Positions 25,690 through 39,204 of a DNA stretch of 64,000 nucleotides are shown here, piece by piece. The position numbers and the translations under genes were made by a program. The stretch is from Octopus vulgaris (Eukaryota). The DNA is taken from NCBI GenBank assembly GCA_951406725.2, contig OX597821.1, positions 43,772,001 to 43,836,000 on the forward strand, read 5' to 3'. Numbering within the stretch: position 1 is the first letter of the stretch; each line of letters opens with the position of its first letter. A model generated the notes under the pieces. It was not told the DNA's origin. It worked only from the letters and a program-made list of their open reading frames with translations, and ran no database searches.

Positions 25690-27880
25690 AGCACATTAGT
25701 ATTTCTCCACATTATTGTAATGTAATATTTTAAGGCAGTGAGCTGGTGGCAGAATTGTTAAGCATGCCAGACAAAATGCTTACTGGCATTTTGTCCATCT
25801 TTATACTCCAAATTCACATTGAGCCAAGGTCAACTTTGCCTTTCATCCATTCACGGTCAATAAACAAAGCACTGGTCAAATGCTGATGTTAATGTAATCA
25901 GCCACTCACTCCTCCAAAATTTCAGCCCTTGTGTTTATATTAGAAAGGATGATAATTTTGTATTCAGTTAACATTTCTTCACATTATTATAATAATATGA
26001 TCAACTAATAATAGGCGCAGGAGTGGCTGTGTGGTAAGTAGCTTGCTAACCAACCACATGGTTCCGGGTTCAGTCCCACTGCGTGGCATCTTGGGTAAGT
26101 GTCTTCTGCTATATTGCCCCAGGCTGAGCAATGCCTTGTAAGTGGATTTGGTAGACGGAAACTGAAAGAAGCCTGTCGTATATATGTACATATATATATA
26201 TATGTGTGTGTGTGTGTGTTTGTGTGTTTGTGTTTGTCCCCCTAGCATTGCTTGACAACCGATGACAGGTGTGTTTACGTCCCCATCACTTACGGTTCGG
26301 CAAAAGAGACCGATAGAATAATTACTGGGCTTACAAAAGAATAAGCCCCGGGGTTGATTTGCTCGACTAATGGCGGTGCTCCAGCATGGCCGCAGTCAAA
26401 TGACTGAAACAAGTAAACGAGTAAAGAGAGTAATATTGTACTATATCATAAAGCCAGTGAGCTGGCAGAATTGTTAGCATGCTGGGGGAAAATGCTTAGC
26501 AGCATTTCGTCTGTCTACATTTACTGTTCATCCTTTCAAGGCCATTAAAATAAGTACCAGTTGGGGGTTGATAGCCAAAATTTGAAACCAATATCTTACT
26601 ATATTATTAAATCATCAAAATCATTGAACATTTCTCTACAGCATTATAATAGACTAACATTTCTCTGCACTATTATAACAATATAATCAGTTAGCATTTC
26701 TCTACATTATTATTATATTATAATCAGTTCAACTGGCACAATCATTAGAGTGCTGGGGAAAAATACTTAGTGGTATTTCTTCTAGCTCTTTACATTCTGA
26801 GTTCAGATCACACCAATGTCAGCTTTGCCTTTTATCAGTTTGGGGGACAAGAACTGGAACTGAAGGCATTGACTAACTTCATCTCCTCAAAAACTGTTGG
26901 CTTTGGGCCTAAATAACAAACCATTATTATGATATTGCTTATGGCCACTTTAATGTGGCTGTTCTCTAAGAGATGATGATACTGCCATTCAACCCCAGGA
27001 AGACATTTCCTCCAGCTGGTTTATTTAGTGCACTTTTTGCACCTGATATTTATTGCAAGTGAAAGATAACTCCTGTCACCCTGGCTTCAAGACCACCAAA
27101 CCACATGGTTTTGAACTGTATTGGATTTCCTCAGTGGTTAGTACTCATTGCTAAGCATGGCAGCAGTTTACCTCGCTTGCAATATTTAGAAAAGACTGTC
27201 ATACAATTGCTGACTATGTAACTAGGAAACTAGTCCATAAGAAAATCTCTGTTCAAGATAGAGGGCAGCCATATTAACATGACCATAAGCAATACTTTTT
27301 GGTTTGTATACTGCTGCTGTCTCGAACAGAAATCTTCTCTAATAATATTATAATAATACTCTTGTGTATTTCTCCATCACAACATGTTAATGAGAAAGGA
27401 AGGGGTGATAGATGAATAAGGTAGGAAGGGGTGATGACAAACTTGGTAGTGGAATGATGGAAGTTCTATGGGGGAAAAAAAAATCAAACAGCGTTTCAAC
27501 TGTGTGTGGAAATATGTATGTGTGTGCATGCACAAGGGAAGTATGTGAATGTTTGTATCTGTGATCATTATGTACCTTATTTTGTACCTTATTAATATAT
27601 AAAATATTACAATTAATTGTCGTTTTTGATGGCACAGGGCCAACTAGAAATATTATAATCTATTAACAATTCTCTGTATTATTAAATTATAATCAGTAAA
27701 CATTTTCGCATATTATAATATTGTATTCAGTAAACATTTCCCCACATTATAATATTATAATCAGTGAACATTTTTCTACATTATCATAATACTGTAATCA
27801 ATAAACATTTCTCTATATCATTAAAATATCATTATCAATAAACATTACTGCACATTGTTACAATATTATCGTCGGTTAAC
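25690..27880. repeat. degenerate ~35-bp minisatellite (aacatttctctacattattataatataatcagt-like) broken up by SINE insertions
   Basis: Units at ~25700, 25965, 26625-26730 and 27660-27880. Confidence 0.65.
26014..26432 (+). mobile_element. tRNA-derived SINE family A, young full-length copy
   Basis: Highly similar to 22806-23226, in the opposite orientation. Confidence 0.92.
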
Positions 27881-28191
27881 TTATTAAGAATACCCAAGAG
27901 AATTCAAAACTATCTATTTGCTGTAGTAATATTAGCCAACTTTGCCTTTGTGCTGAGGATGCGGAAAGTTTCTCTCTCCCTCCTGACCAACATCCTCCAA
28001 ACTGACGAAGAATTAACTGCAAACACTAATTAGAGTTTGCTAATTAAGAAAGTTTATGATTTCACTATAATGCGCCCTTGTAAAGATTCTTAGCATTATG
28101 TCATTGACTAGGATATTGCATTAATGTATGATGGCAAATAGTAGAAGCTGATACTACACACACACACACACACACACAAACACATACACAC

Positions 28192-28233
<42 letters not shown>

Positions 28234-28748
28234 ACATGCACACTCACTCAAACACATACACACATACATATGTATGTGTATGTGTATAACATCCAATATG
28301 TGACTATATATACTTATATATGATACCATATAGGCACAAATATGACCCACTGTTTAAAAAGTTTGCTTCGAATCTCGTAACTCAAGGTTCAATCCCATTG
28401 TGTGGTACTTTGGGGAAGTGTCTTTTACTATGGCCCTAAGGTGACCAAAATCCTTTTGAGTAGGTTTTGTAGACAAAAACTGAAATCATAGAGGATGTGG
28501 ATCTTAGTTTTCTTGTTTTCATTTTTTTCTTCTTATTCCATTTTTGGCATCACCCTTCTTCATGTTTTTCCCCATTTTTTCTTATTTTTCCACTGTCCAG
28601 CGTCCTTGTTTTAAAATAAATGTGATACATAAACAGATCCTGAAAGATTGCTTGGAGATACATGGTATATTTTATAAATATGTCAAGTTAAAGTATCATA
28701 AAAGTATGAAATTATTTGTAGCTCTTTCAGCTGTGTATTAGATTGCTG

Positions 28749-29623
28749 CTTTCTTACTTGCTTCATGCACTTGTTTGATGGGGCTGGGGGTAATCCCAGG
28801 TCAGTGGTTCCAGAAGAATCATCATGCATACAACCCGCCAGGTCCACCAGTGCTTGCCATCATTGGCAGTCATGCATCAATACATCTGCATCCTCCAAAG
28901 TGATGTTTAACCTCTTGAGATCTTCCTCAATCATGTCTAGCCATCTGGTGCAGGGCCTTCCATGAGGCCTCTTCTAACCCTGCAGCTGTTGTGGAGAATG
29001 AAAGTAAATTCCTAGCAGAGTGATCTAGTGGGAGATGGAGTGACGCTATGAGGAGGGAGGCTGTGGGTTTATACATGCATGTAGTTCTTTGTTGGAAACA
29101 TAATGGTACTGTCTGATGTTCTTGAGGGTTCTCAGGGATCTGCTATCGAAGCCATTGATCCTCTTTCTCAGGGTTTGCAAGAGGGGCCACATTTCTGTTC
29201 CATAAAGGAGAATGGAGAGGACCAATGCATTGAAGATGCAGAGCTTCATCCTCTGGGAGAGAGAGCAGTTGTGCCAGAGGGACTTCCATAGGGAGTGCAT
29301 GACCCCAGTGGTCAGACGACATCTGCAGTTGATCTCTGGTGTCAGATCTCCATTGGTGGTGACTGTGGACCCCAGGTAGTTGAAGGAACTGAAAAACTCC
29401 ATGACATCAGGGCCAATTTAGAGATGGGAGAGTCCAGGCCATCTCTGACATGCATCAGCCTGGTCTTTGCCCAACTTGCCTGAAGGCCAACCATTGCAGA
29501 TTCAAGGTCTGTGTGTGAGTCTCTGGGTATTGCCTTAAGGAACTATTACCTTACTGACGTGGAGTATGCTAATGATACCACTCTATCCAGCAACTCACTT
29601 GACCAGCCCAGGAATGCACTGAC
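28749..29623 (-). mobile_element. RTE-clade LINE, 5'-truncated with 5' inversion (29511-29623 inverted)
   Basis: Minus: FNYLGSTV...LCIFNALVLSILLYGTEMW. Plus: LTDVEYANDTTL (YADD motif). Tail aagcaagtaag. Candidate TSD tattagattgctg / tattaaattgatg. Confidence 0.85.
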
Positions 29624-30289
29624 TATTAAATTGATGTGTGTGTGTGTGTGTATTTATATATATATATATATATATATATTTCTTTATTGCCCACAAGGGG
29701 CTAAACATAGAGGGGACAAACAAGGACAGACAAAGGGATTAAGTCGATTACATCAACCCCAGTGTGTAACTGGTACTTAATTTATCGACCCTGAAAGGAT
29801 GAAAGGCAAAGTCACAAAGTGCTGTTCTCTAATTGTCAAGGGAATCTGTGGAAGAAGTAGGCCAGGAAGATGTGGAACATGGTAGTAAAATTTGATCTTT
29901 GGTTGTTGAGTCTCCTAGAGGCCATGACAAGTGACCTAGACTTCTGGTGGTTTACTGTACATGAGAAGCCATGTCACGCTAAGTGAAATCATGGTCATGG
30001 CCACTGCCAGTGACATGTAAAAAGCACCTATACCAATGACACATGAAAGGCATCTGTGCTAGTGACATGTAAAAGACACCCAGTATACTCTCTAGAGTGG
30101 TTGGCATTAGGAAGGGCATCAAACCATAGAAACCAAGCTAAAACAGACTGGTATGTAGTGTAGTTCTCTGGTTTACCAGCTTCAGTCAAACTGTCTAAAC
30201 CAGCCTGTCTATGATTTTACTGGACTTAAGGTTTTGAAAATCCTGTCTAAAATATCACACCATATTTGTGAAACACTAGACTAGGGGTA

Positions 30290-31130
30290 ATAAACGAAAA
30301 TCTGGAGAAGATGATTCTGAATTGTTAAGTTGCAATAATTATTTGTTGTTGTTCTGATCTATAGCTATTTCTAAATTAATAGTATCACTAGAGTGCAAAG
30401 CATTGTTATAAACACAGGATAATATGTCTGCTGTAGAATTATCAGCATTCTTGATATGACACATATCCACTATAAATTGTGAAATATAATCAAGGTGTCT
30501 CATATCTCTTGGAGAATATTGATCCGTTTTGGATTGTATCACATAGGTTAATGGTTTACGATCAGTATAAACAGTGAAGGTTCTTCCTTACAAGAGATGG
30601 TGAAACTGCTTTACTGACAAATAAGCTGCTGACATCACTCATCTGAAAGCACTGTATCTTGCTTTGGCTCAAAATCTTGAAATACTTTGAAAATAAGTTG
30701 TCAAAAACCTTGAACAAACTGTTGCAGTACTCCTCTTATTTCTACATCAGATGCATTCGGGCTTGCAAGATAAGTCAAGTTAATTTTTCTTTAATGTTGT
30801 TAAAAGACTGTAATTCTGTTGGAGTTAAAGAAATAGTTTCATTTTTCCGTTTATGATTATGCAGTAATTCTGTTAGCCTCTGGACAAGTGCAAGATAAGA
30901 TGTTGAGTTGGATGTGTTTGTAATCAAATCTTTGACTTCTTTGCTTAAGGCAGGCAGCAGAACATTGAGGAAACTGATACATAGCTGAATAAATTTTGTT
31001 CACTGCAAAGTTGGCTTTGAGCTGTGAAAACCAAATTAGAGGATCCCCAGTGAATGGAATGGGAGTAAAGGATAAAGCAGCCTGAAGAGTTGGGCCACCA
31101 TTATTTTTAGAAGAAAGCAAGGTGAAGGTG
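30290..31130 (-). mobile_element. Ty3/gypsy LTR retrotransposon remnant (gag start and RNase H)
   Basis: PFTGDPLIWFSQLKANF (gag); FTVYTDRKPLTY...SPRDMRHLDYISQF...NSTADILS (RNase H). Confidence 0.8.
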
Positions 31131-33189
31131 CCATATTTAAGTGCAAGTTATTTGGAATCACTCAAATGGAAAGGGTAGGAAAAGATTAAATACTGGTTGT
31201 TACTGCAAATTCAGGAAGATTCTAGATAAAATTCACACAGAAATCAAGCATTTGAAGCTAGACAAAACGTTCTTCAGCAATGAAAAGTTGATTTTAACTG
31301 TTATGTCATGCAGACAAAAATTTTGTGGATGGACATGTGTGTCCAATCCATTAATAGAACTTCAGCCTTCAGCATTGTAGATCAAAAGGTGGCTGGGTTG
31401 TGGTAATGAAAGTGATGGACTTAGCATTTGCCCCTTTGATCTTTACTGCAGTGCTCAGAGATGTTATTCTAGATATACTGCTGCCTGTCTACCTGCCTTC
31501 GTATCATGTCCATTGCTATACCAGTGAGTTTTGATGTGTTTGATGAGTTGGGTCACCATTGTTGTAGTTTTGCTAGCCTTTTCTTGTTGGGGACCTTTCC
31601 TTGTTGGAATGACCATTGTTGTGATTTCTACTGGATTTTTCCTGTTGAGCTGGTCAGTGATGATACATTGGTATGATGACAGACTGTGAACATTGGGTTT
31701 CACCATTGTTGGGGATTTACTTATGTTGCATGTGTTGGACACCATTGTGTAGTTCTGGCTGGCTGTGTGCATTATTAAACAACCAAACTCATAAACATTC
31801 AACAATATTTATCGATCAAAATAGCTTACTATGTAGATATCTGGAAAACGTAAAATGCAGATATAATAGATGCTGCACATTATTAAAACTTGGCAAAGAG
31901 AAATGCTTTGTGTCTTGTTGAAGGCTGGCTGTGGTATGTTGTGACTCGTCTTGATTGCAGTTAACTTCAGTGTCCCTTGTACCCAAAGCAGTTTCTCTGT
32001 AAGTTGGGCACCAAACTGTTTAACTTGGGTAAAAGGGAGAGAATTTTAGAATATTTGAGAAGGCATATTGTGCCACAGTTTCTTGTTGATTGGTCGGTTT
32101 CTAGACTAATCACATGAAACTATAATGGTATACATATGATCTCAAACTGATTATTTTGTGGTTGAAGGTTCAGATCCCCACACCTTTATCAAATCTGCGG
32201 GTTCTTGACTTTGTCTTGGATATGGAGGATGAGGTGATGAATCCATCTGTGTGTGTGTGTTTGTGTGTGATTTAAACATGTTTGATAAGGTCTGCTGGAA
32301 CTTGATCTGATCCTGCAGACTTGTTTTATATTTTTGAGGCTGTTGCAATGAGGGTAGAATATTCAGGTGCAGAGAAACAATTTGGTGTTGGCCATTGCCA
32401 GTACACTCAAGCAATGTATTTGAAGGATGATTTAGTAAATTTTTGAAATCTTTCTCTCCAGTACAGCATCTTTTAGCATTATAAGTAGACTTTCATTCAT
32501 AGTTTAATCAGTGTTGTTCTCATTGTTTGTGAGATTCAGAATCTTTGGATGTATTTCTAAGAAGTCTCTTGACTGGTTCCTGACTATGTGCTTTCATGAT
32601 TCTTTGTCTTTGTCAGTTCCCCATTAATTCAGAACATTTTAGAGCTTTTGTTATGTTTCTGACTTGATTTCTCCAATAACTGCCTTTTATTAAGAATTTA
32701 GATTGTTCTGTTCATCAAGTTCATCTTTTAACTCTTTTACAATTAAAGTATATATTGTGTGGTCATTTTCATCAAACAACAACATCAATGACGTAAGCCA
32801 AGATTTTTTACTACACCATCAAGTTACCAGTGATTTAGTAATGCTTCTCTTTTCTTTTCTTCAATCAAGATCTCACAAACTGGTTGAAGATGAAGTGTTA
32901 CATCGCTATGCTGGTTGGATTGGCTATGTTGAGAAAGGAGTTGGCTTAGTCATGGGTTATGCCTGGTTGTGATGTAAAATTATTATGGACTATGCTGGGT
33001 TGCATGTTTTGTAAACAGGAATGAAACTTGCAAATGTTTTATAATATATTTATTTAAGGAAAGGCTGTACATACATATATATATATATATGGAGAGAAAT
33101 TTTCAGATATTCATTGTAGAGAGACTCATGATATAGGGATTGACTTTCATAGTGTTGAAATTCTACAATCATCAATGGCTTACTCTTGT

Positions 33190-33490
33190 GGAGGCACATG
33201 GCCTAGTGGTTAGAGCAGTGGACTTGCGGTTAAGGGATCGCGGGTTCGAATCTCAGACTGGGCGATGTGTGTGTTTATGAGCGAAGCACCTAAGCTCCAC
33301 GCAGCTCCGACAGAAGCTAATAGCGAAGTTCTGCTGACTTCCTCACCACAACTTTCTCTCACTCTTTCCTCCTGCATCTTGCAGCTCACCTACGACGGAC
33401 TGGCGTCCCGTCCAGTTAGAGAACCTATACGCCAAGGAAACCAGAAAACCAGCCCTTATAAGCCAGGCATGGCTCGAGAAGGAATAAACA
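33190..33490 (+). mobile_element. tRNA-derived SINE family C
   Basis: A box tggcctagtgg and B box ggttcgaatc, followed by a non-tRNA body. Confidence 0.8.
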
Positions 33491-34089
33491 AATGGCTTAC
33501 TCTAGAGATATGAACAAATTGGTGAATGAAAATTGAGATGTGAGTTGATCCAAATCTACTCACATTTCTGGTTTACTTTGGGCAAGAGTGATATAACATC
33601 TAATTAACTGTGTTTACTCAGCCATTAATTTTCTTAGAGACATGGAGATGTTAGTTCAACAAATTTTACTAAAGCTCTGCCCTGGCTTGCTTATGGCAAG
33701 AGGTGAGATGTGTGTTCCCTGGATGTACTCAAACTCTCTGAAGATTTTTGGTGCTGAGCTGCTTATAATTCTGCCCTTGTCTGGCTTGCAAACGAGAAGT
33801 CATATGTGTGTTTCCTGGTTTCATTCAACCTCTGCAAAATCTTTTAGCACCAAATTGCTTATAACTAGAGAAAAGGGCACAACTCTCAAAACCATTTAGA
33901 GAATGAGATTCAAATTCTAGGTCTCATGACAGCTACATTTAAAGAATGTTGGATCAGTAACTGCCAAAGAGGCAGTTTTGGAAGGTGGAACACATTCAGT
34001 AGGAACTCTGAGTAGGCAGTACAAGGATCAATGGAAGTGAACACTTAAAAATTTTTACACTGATGTTTCATTGAGTCCTGTTGATGGAT

Positions 34090-34567
34090 CCGAATGTCTG
34101 CTGTGGTTGCTGTTAGTGTCATGTAACTGGCACATGTGCTGGTGGCATGCAAAAAGCATCTTTCGAGCATTGGGCCTCATGAAGGCAATGTGGTCGATGC
34201 TGGTGTTGCATAACTAGCACCCATGCTGGTGGTATGTAAAAAGCACCTTCAGAATGCTGGGCTTCACAGAAGCAATGACAAATGATGTGCTGAGAAGAAG
34301 ACCCATCAAACCAAATGAAACCATAGTCATGGCAGATATTAGTGTCAAGCAGACTAAGACCCATGCTGGTGGCAATTAAAAGCACCCATTACACTCTCGG
34401 ACTGGTTGGTGTTAGGAAGGGCATCCAACCATAGAAACCATACCAAATCAGACTAAAATCTGGTGCAATCCCTCAGCTTACTAGCCCTGATTGAACCATC
34501 CAACCCATACCAGTATGAACAACGGACATTAAATGATGATGATGATGATGATGATGATAATGATGAT
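34090..34567 (+). mobile_element. RTE LINE 3' UTR with (GAT)n tail
   Basis: ggttggtgttaggaagggcatcc...aacggacattaaatgatgatg. Confidence 0.85.
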
Positions 34568-34569
34568 AT

Positions 34570-34766
34570 ATAAGAAAATAAGATTACAAAGGGATAAATG
34601 ATTATCCTTTGAACTTTATTAGCTTACTACTGTTTCTGATGTAAGAAGCTGTGGATTCATAGTTGAGTGCTTGAGTAACACCACAGTATCTTATAGCAGA
34701 AACAGATGTAAGCTAATGCAGTTGATAAGATAGTCGTTTATTCCTTTTGTCATCTTAATTTCTTAT
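34570..34766. repeat. foldback element, ~85-bp inverted arms
   Basis: ataagaaaataagattacaaagggataaatgattatc...ctgtgg mirrors ccacag...gatagtcgtttattccttttgtcatcttaatttcttat. Confidence 0.85.
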
Positions 34767-35699
34767 TACCACTCTGTACTCAACTAATGCTTTGTTCTGA
34801 AGATTGAATTCTACACTAGGTTATTAGTCTTGCAATGCCAAAGTGAAATATATATATTTATATACACACATAGGCAAACAACATACTTTCTGGCATTAAA
34901 GAATCATTACATTTAATCAATATTTGAGAGAGTTCTGTCAATCATTAGAGAGAGGACTTAAAACTGTCAGTTCTCAAATAGGATATTTATAGATTTTTTT
35001 TCGCTTGTTTGAATAATGCTCAAGAACATTATCCTGATGGAACAATTTTGGAAAAATATTTGCCAAATGTTTCACACATTCTTCACACATTCTATAATAG
35101 GTTGATTTGGGGTTCATTCGATTTTCAAAGTTTTGTTGTGGATGGTTAATCTTAATCAGCTCTACTTGACTAAAATCTTTTGATAAGCAGATAGCAAATA
35201 CAATGTCTGGGAGTAGATAATAAAACCAGTTGAGCAGATATACTTTACTAAGATTTAAATAATAACACTTGCATTTGGTTTAATTAAAAACAAGGGATGT
35301 GATAGGGTTGATGAGGTTTCTTTATAGTAGGTAGAATATGAAATTCTTAAAAATTTGAATTCCTTTAGCTGATCTTTGATTCTTGACTGTGTATGTGTGT
35401 GTGTGTGTATACATATACACACACATAGAAAACAAAGTTATTTTATTCCACATAGGTAGAAATATAGAAAAAAGAGAAGCAAGACAGTTGCAACATAGCT
35501 CCACAGTTTTCTATCTCAAGTTTTGAAAATCACAAAAATTTGTGAAATTAGTTGTCTTTAAAACTTTTTAATAAAAAATGTAAATGCATCTCAGTGAATT
35601 TTCAATTTCTTGTATATATATGTGTGTGTGTGTGTGTATGTAAACACACACACATGTATGTATGTATAAATTAATGATTGTACAAATGTTTGTGTGCAT

Positions 35700-36401
35700 A
35701 TTTATTAAATTAAATGACTCAATTAAACCCAACGAATTTCACATACTGGGGACATGAGGGTCCACATATTATAGAAGAACATTGTGTTAATTTATCAGGA
35801 GTTACAATATGGTACTGCTTATCATGAAAAGGATGATTTGGGCTATTATTTTTTGACAGTAGGACAACTAGTTTAATTTACTTGAACTTGCAATGACAGT
35901 CTGTCATGTCAAACATTCCAGGGGACTTAAAAGAAGTGGAGTTTTGTTTCCAGTAAGATGGGATATGCCCACACTAACATAGTAATGTAAGGGTCTACTT
36001 TGATGATATTTTGCCTAACAAATAAATTGGATGAAAATGTACTACAGAATACTTCCTGCATTCACTGGACCTCATGCTACTAGGTTTATTTTAATGGGGA
36101 TTCTTAAAAGTTAAAGTTTATGGTCAAAAACTGCCAGCAATCAATGAATTAAGGGCAGTAATTGAATGGAAATAAACACAAATGTTTTTTGATGTTTGCG
36201 ATTCCCTTGCTTTTCATTAGCAGCAGTACCTGGAGTAGAACAATTGTCAGTTAGAAAACAGGCACCCATACTGGAAATAGATAAATAAATAAATAAAATT
36301 CTGTCTGTAGGTTCTGTTAAATTTTGGAAATAAAATTTATTTTAATAAATACTACTTTACAGTCATTCAATGTATGCATACAATTTTTGGGACATCCTGT
36401 A
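35700..36401 (+). mobile_element. Tc1/mariner superfamily transposase 3' part with right TIR
   Basis: YWGHEGPHIIEE..VNLSGVTIW; FQ*DGICPH; SLDLMLLGLF*WGFLKVKVY (SPDLTPLDFFLWG-type); end catacaatttttgggacatcctgta. Confidence 0.8.
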
Positions 36402-36517
36402 CATAACACACACGCACACACAACATTTGTAAACACCTAATAATTTATAAACATCTAATTATCAAAGTGGAAAAATTATCAGAAAAGCCATTTCTATTCA
36501 TTTTTTTCAATATATAA

Positions 36518-37200
36518 TACAGGATGTCCTAGAATTAACCATCTATTCAATGATATTGGACAAATTTTTTAAATGATTGACAGACTTTTATGTTTATTAC
36601 TTTATTATGATACCAAAGCAAACAGATTTATAAATCTTTTGTCAAGACATTATTGAACATTTCCAACACATGCTCTGTCTGTATCCCTGCAAATTTCAAA
36701 TCTGTTTAGCATTGCAAACACATTTTGAAGCTTTTCAGGAGTTATTGCCTGCACTGCTAACTGAATGCATTCTTTAAATTCAGCTAAACTATTACTCCAT
36801 CCTGGGGATGGAGGTAGAGGAAATGATTGCAGCCAAATTGAAAAAAAGCTACCATGGACAGATAAGCAAGATCCAACAGGAAAAAAAAAAATCATAAAAA
36901 GAATTATAAAAATTCACCATCATCATCATCATCATCATCTTCATCATTTAATCTCTGTCTTCCATGCAGGTATGGGTTGGATGGTTTGAAAGGAGCCAGC
37001 CAGGTAGAAGACTACCCCAGGCTACTGTGTCTGTTCTGGCAAGGTTTTTATAGCTGGATGCTCTTCCAAAAACCAACCTGTTTACAATGTGGACTGGATG
37101 CTTTTTATGTGGAACCAGCACTGGCAGGGTCACCAAGTGAGTTTTAAAAAAAATTGTATGATTTCCCTGAAATAGACAGTTAATTCTAGGACACCTTGTA
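36518..37200. mobile_element. Tc1/mariner non-autonomous element with nested RTE tail (36918-37140)
   Basis: TIRs tacaggatgtcctagaattaaccatctatt and tacaaggtgtcctagaattaactgtctatt; internal transposase C-terminus (AITPEKLQNVF...RFEIC) on minus. Confidence 0.85.
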
Positions 37201-37240
37201 CTGTACCAAGAACTTTCTATTTCTTATTCTCCTATGTATG

Positions 37241-37332
<92 letters not shown>

Positions 37333-39204
37333 TATACATATACGTACACACATATATATAAAAGTTTCTCTACAGTTTCCCCTTCCAAATTTCCTTCACA
37401 AGATCAACTGAAAGCTATTGGTGAAGGCATTTGTCCAAAGTTAGACACTATTGAATCAATCCCAGGACTCCATGGTTGTGAGGCAAACTTGTTGGGCACA
37501 CAGCCATGCCAGCATTCCTAAAACTGTTTACAGCTATGACAACAACAACAACAACAACAACAACAACATGCAGTAATTGAGCAATATCATTACTTACAGG
37601 TGCAGCTGCCGCAATATGAGACTTTCATTCATGCTTTGATGTTGTCAGCCATGGATGAACCTGCAGCAATGTTGCAACTGTGCAATATATTATCTCTACT
37701 GGTTGCACATAGCTACTGCAAATCTGTTGCTATGAAAAATTTGTTATAAATGCTTGACAACAATTATAATAATGATGATGATGACGGTGGTGGTGATGGT
37801 GATGATGAGGATGATGATGCTGATCTACTGCTGCTGTTGCTGTTGGATATTCCTGGTTTACTTTGCCTAAATGCAATTAGCTGATCAAGGAATCATCAGT
37901 GATCAATGTTTCAGTTGGTGCTATAACATCTTTATTAGAGGTATATATATCTCTTGTTGCTTATTCTTGTTATCATTATTATTATTGCAGCTATTATTGT
38001 TGTTGAGTAGACATGATAACTTTAACTTGAGTAGATGAAGGAATGCTAAAAGAAAGCATTAATGCACAATTTCTATCCTGACTAGTCCACCTTTACCGAT
38101 GGGTGCAATGGGTATGTTGCTCTAAGAATTAGAATTTGCAGACATCTACTTTAATAACAGTATGGTTGTTATAGAAGTTGTGACTGTTGAACAGGTCTGA
38201 GTGATTAGAGAGTTCATTTATTCATTAGTTCCACTTACAAGTTGGCCGAGCTTCATTATATTTAAGTAAACAGAACAGTGAAACAGTAGTAAACCTAGTT
38301 TCTAAGTGTATTACTTTAAGCTATTATCTCCGTGATATCCGCTAATTTGTTACACTGTTTATGAAGACAACACTCATCTGTCTGTAAACATCGTGATTTT
38401 ATTTGAAAATTATTTAATCAGTGCATATATGCACTTATTAATTAATATTCAAATAAAATATTAATTTACTGATGCGGTAGCAACATTTATGGTCAGTCCC
38501 TTGGCATGAACACACAAAAAAAACAAAACAAAAACACTAATGGTCTTAATATGAGTAAACATTTAACTAATAACTTATGCTTTTAAGCCAATCAGTTAAA
38601 GATCTACTACATGGTAATTGATTGCTTTTCTTTTGTCATGGTAACCAGATCTACCAGCTCTGTTGTAACATCTAGCTGTATCTCCACTGTCACAGCTAAT
38701 TGTTCTATAAACAAACCTGTAACAACTACAATAGTACTATACTGTAACTAGACATTACCAGTTCTGTTGCAAGAATTTGATGCGTCTCTAATATTCAATA
38801 TCTGCTAGCTGTAACTCTACTGTCACGCTAACTAGATGTACAAATTATTGTACACAACACAATTTGTGAATAGTTATCTTTGTTGTAACAACTATCTGTA
38901 TTTCTAATGTTACAGTAAGTAGTTACAGAAGGTATATTGAGATGTCTAGATGCCTCTCCACTACCACAATAATTATAATACCTGTAGTGTGCCAGCTAGC
39001 AGTATCTTTTATGGCATTAATTAATTAATTATGCTATGTTGTAACAATTAGTTGTAACTAGTTCTATAACTTATGCTGTGTCAATTATGTGTGTCTTTAT
39101 CACAGTAACTAGTTATATAATTAGTATTATGACCACAGATATATCTCTATTCTCAAAGAATAGTTCTCCATTTATCTTGTGTGTCTACTATTGCGATCTC
39201 AGTT

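Noticed and set aside
31150-32950. Possible host coding region or old LINE ORF1/endonuclease
   Set aside because: Stops in all frames and only faint motif hints; it cannot be assigned without a profile search.
33190-33270. tRNA genes (also 57270-57340 and the family A heads)
   Set aside because: A/B boxes are present but there is no closed acceptor stem and the sequence continues into SINE bodies.
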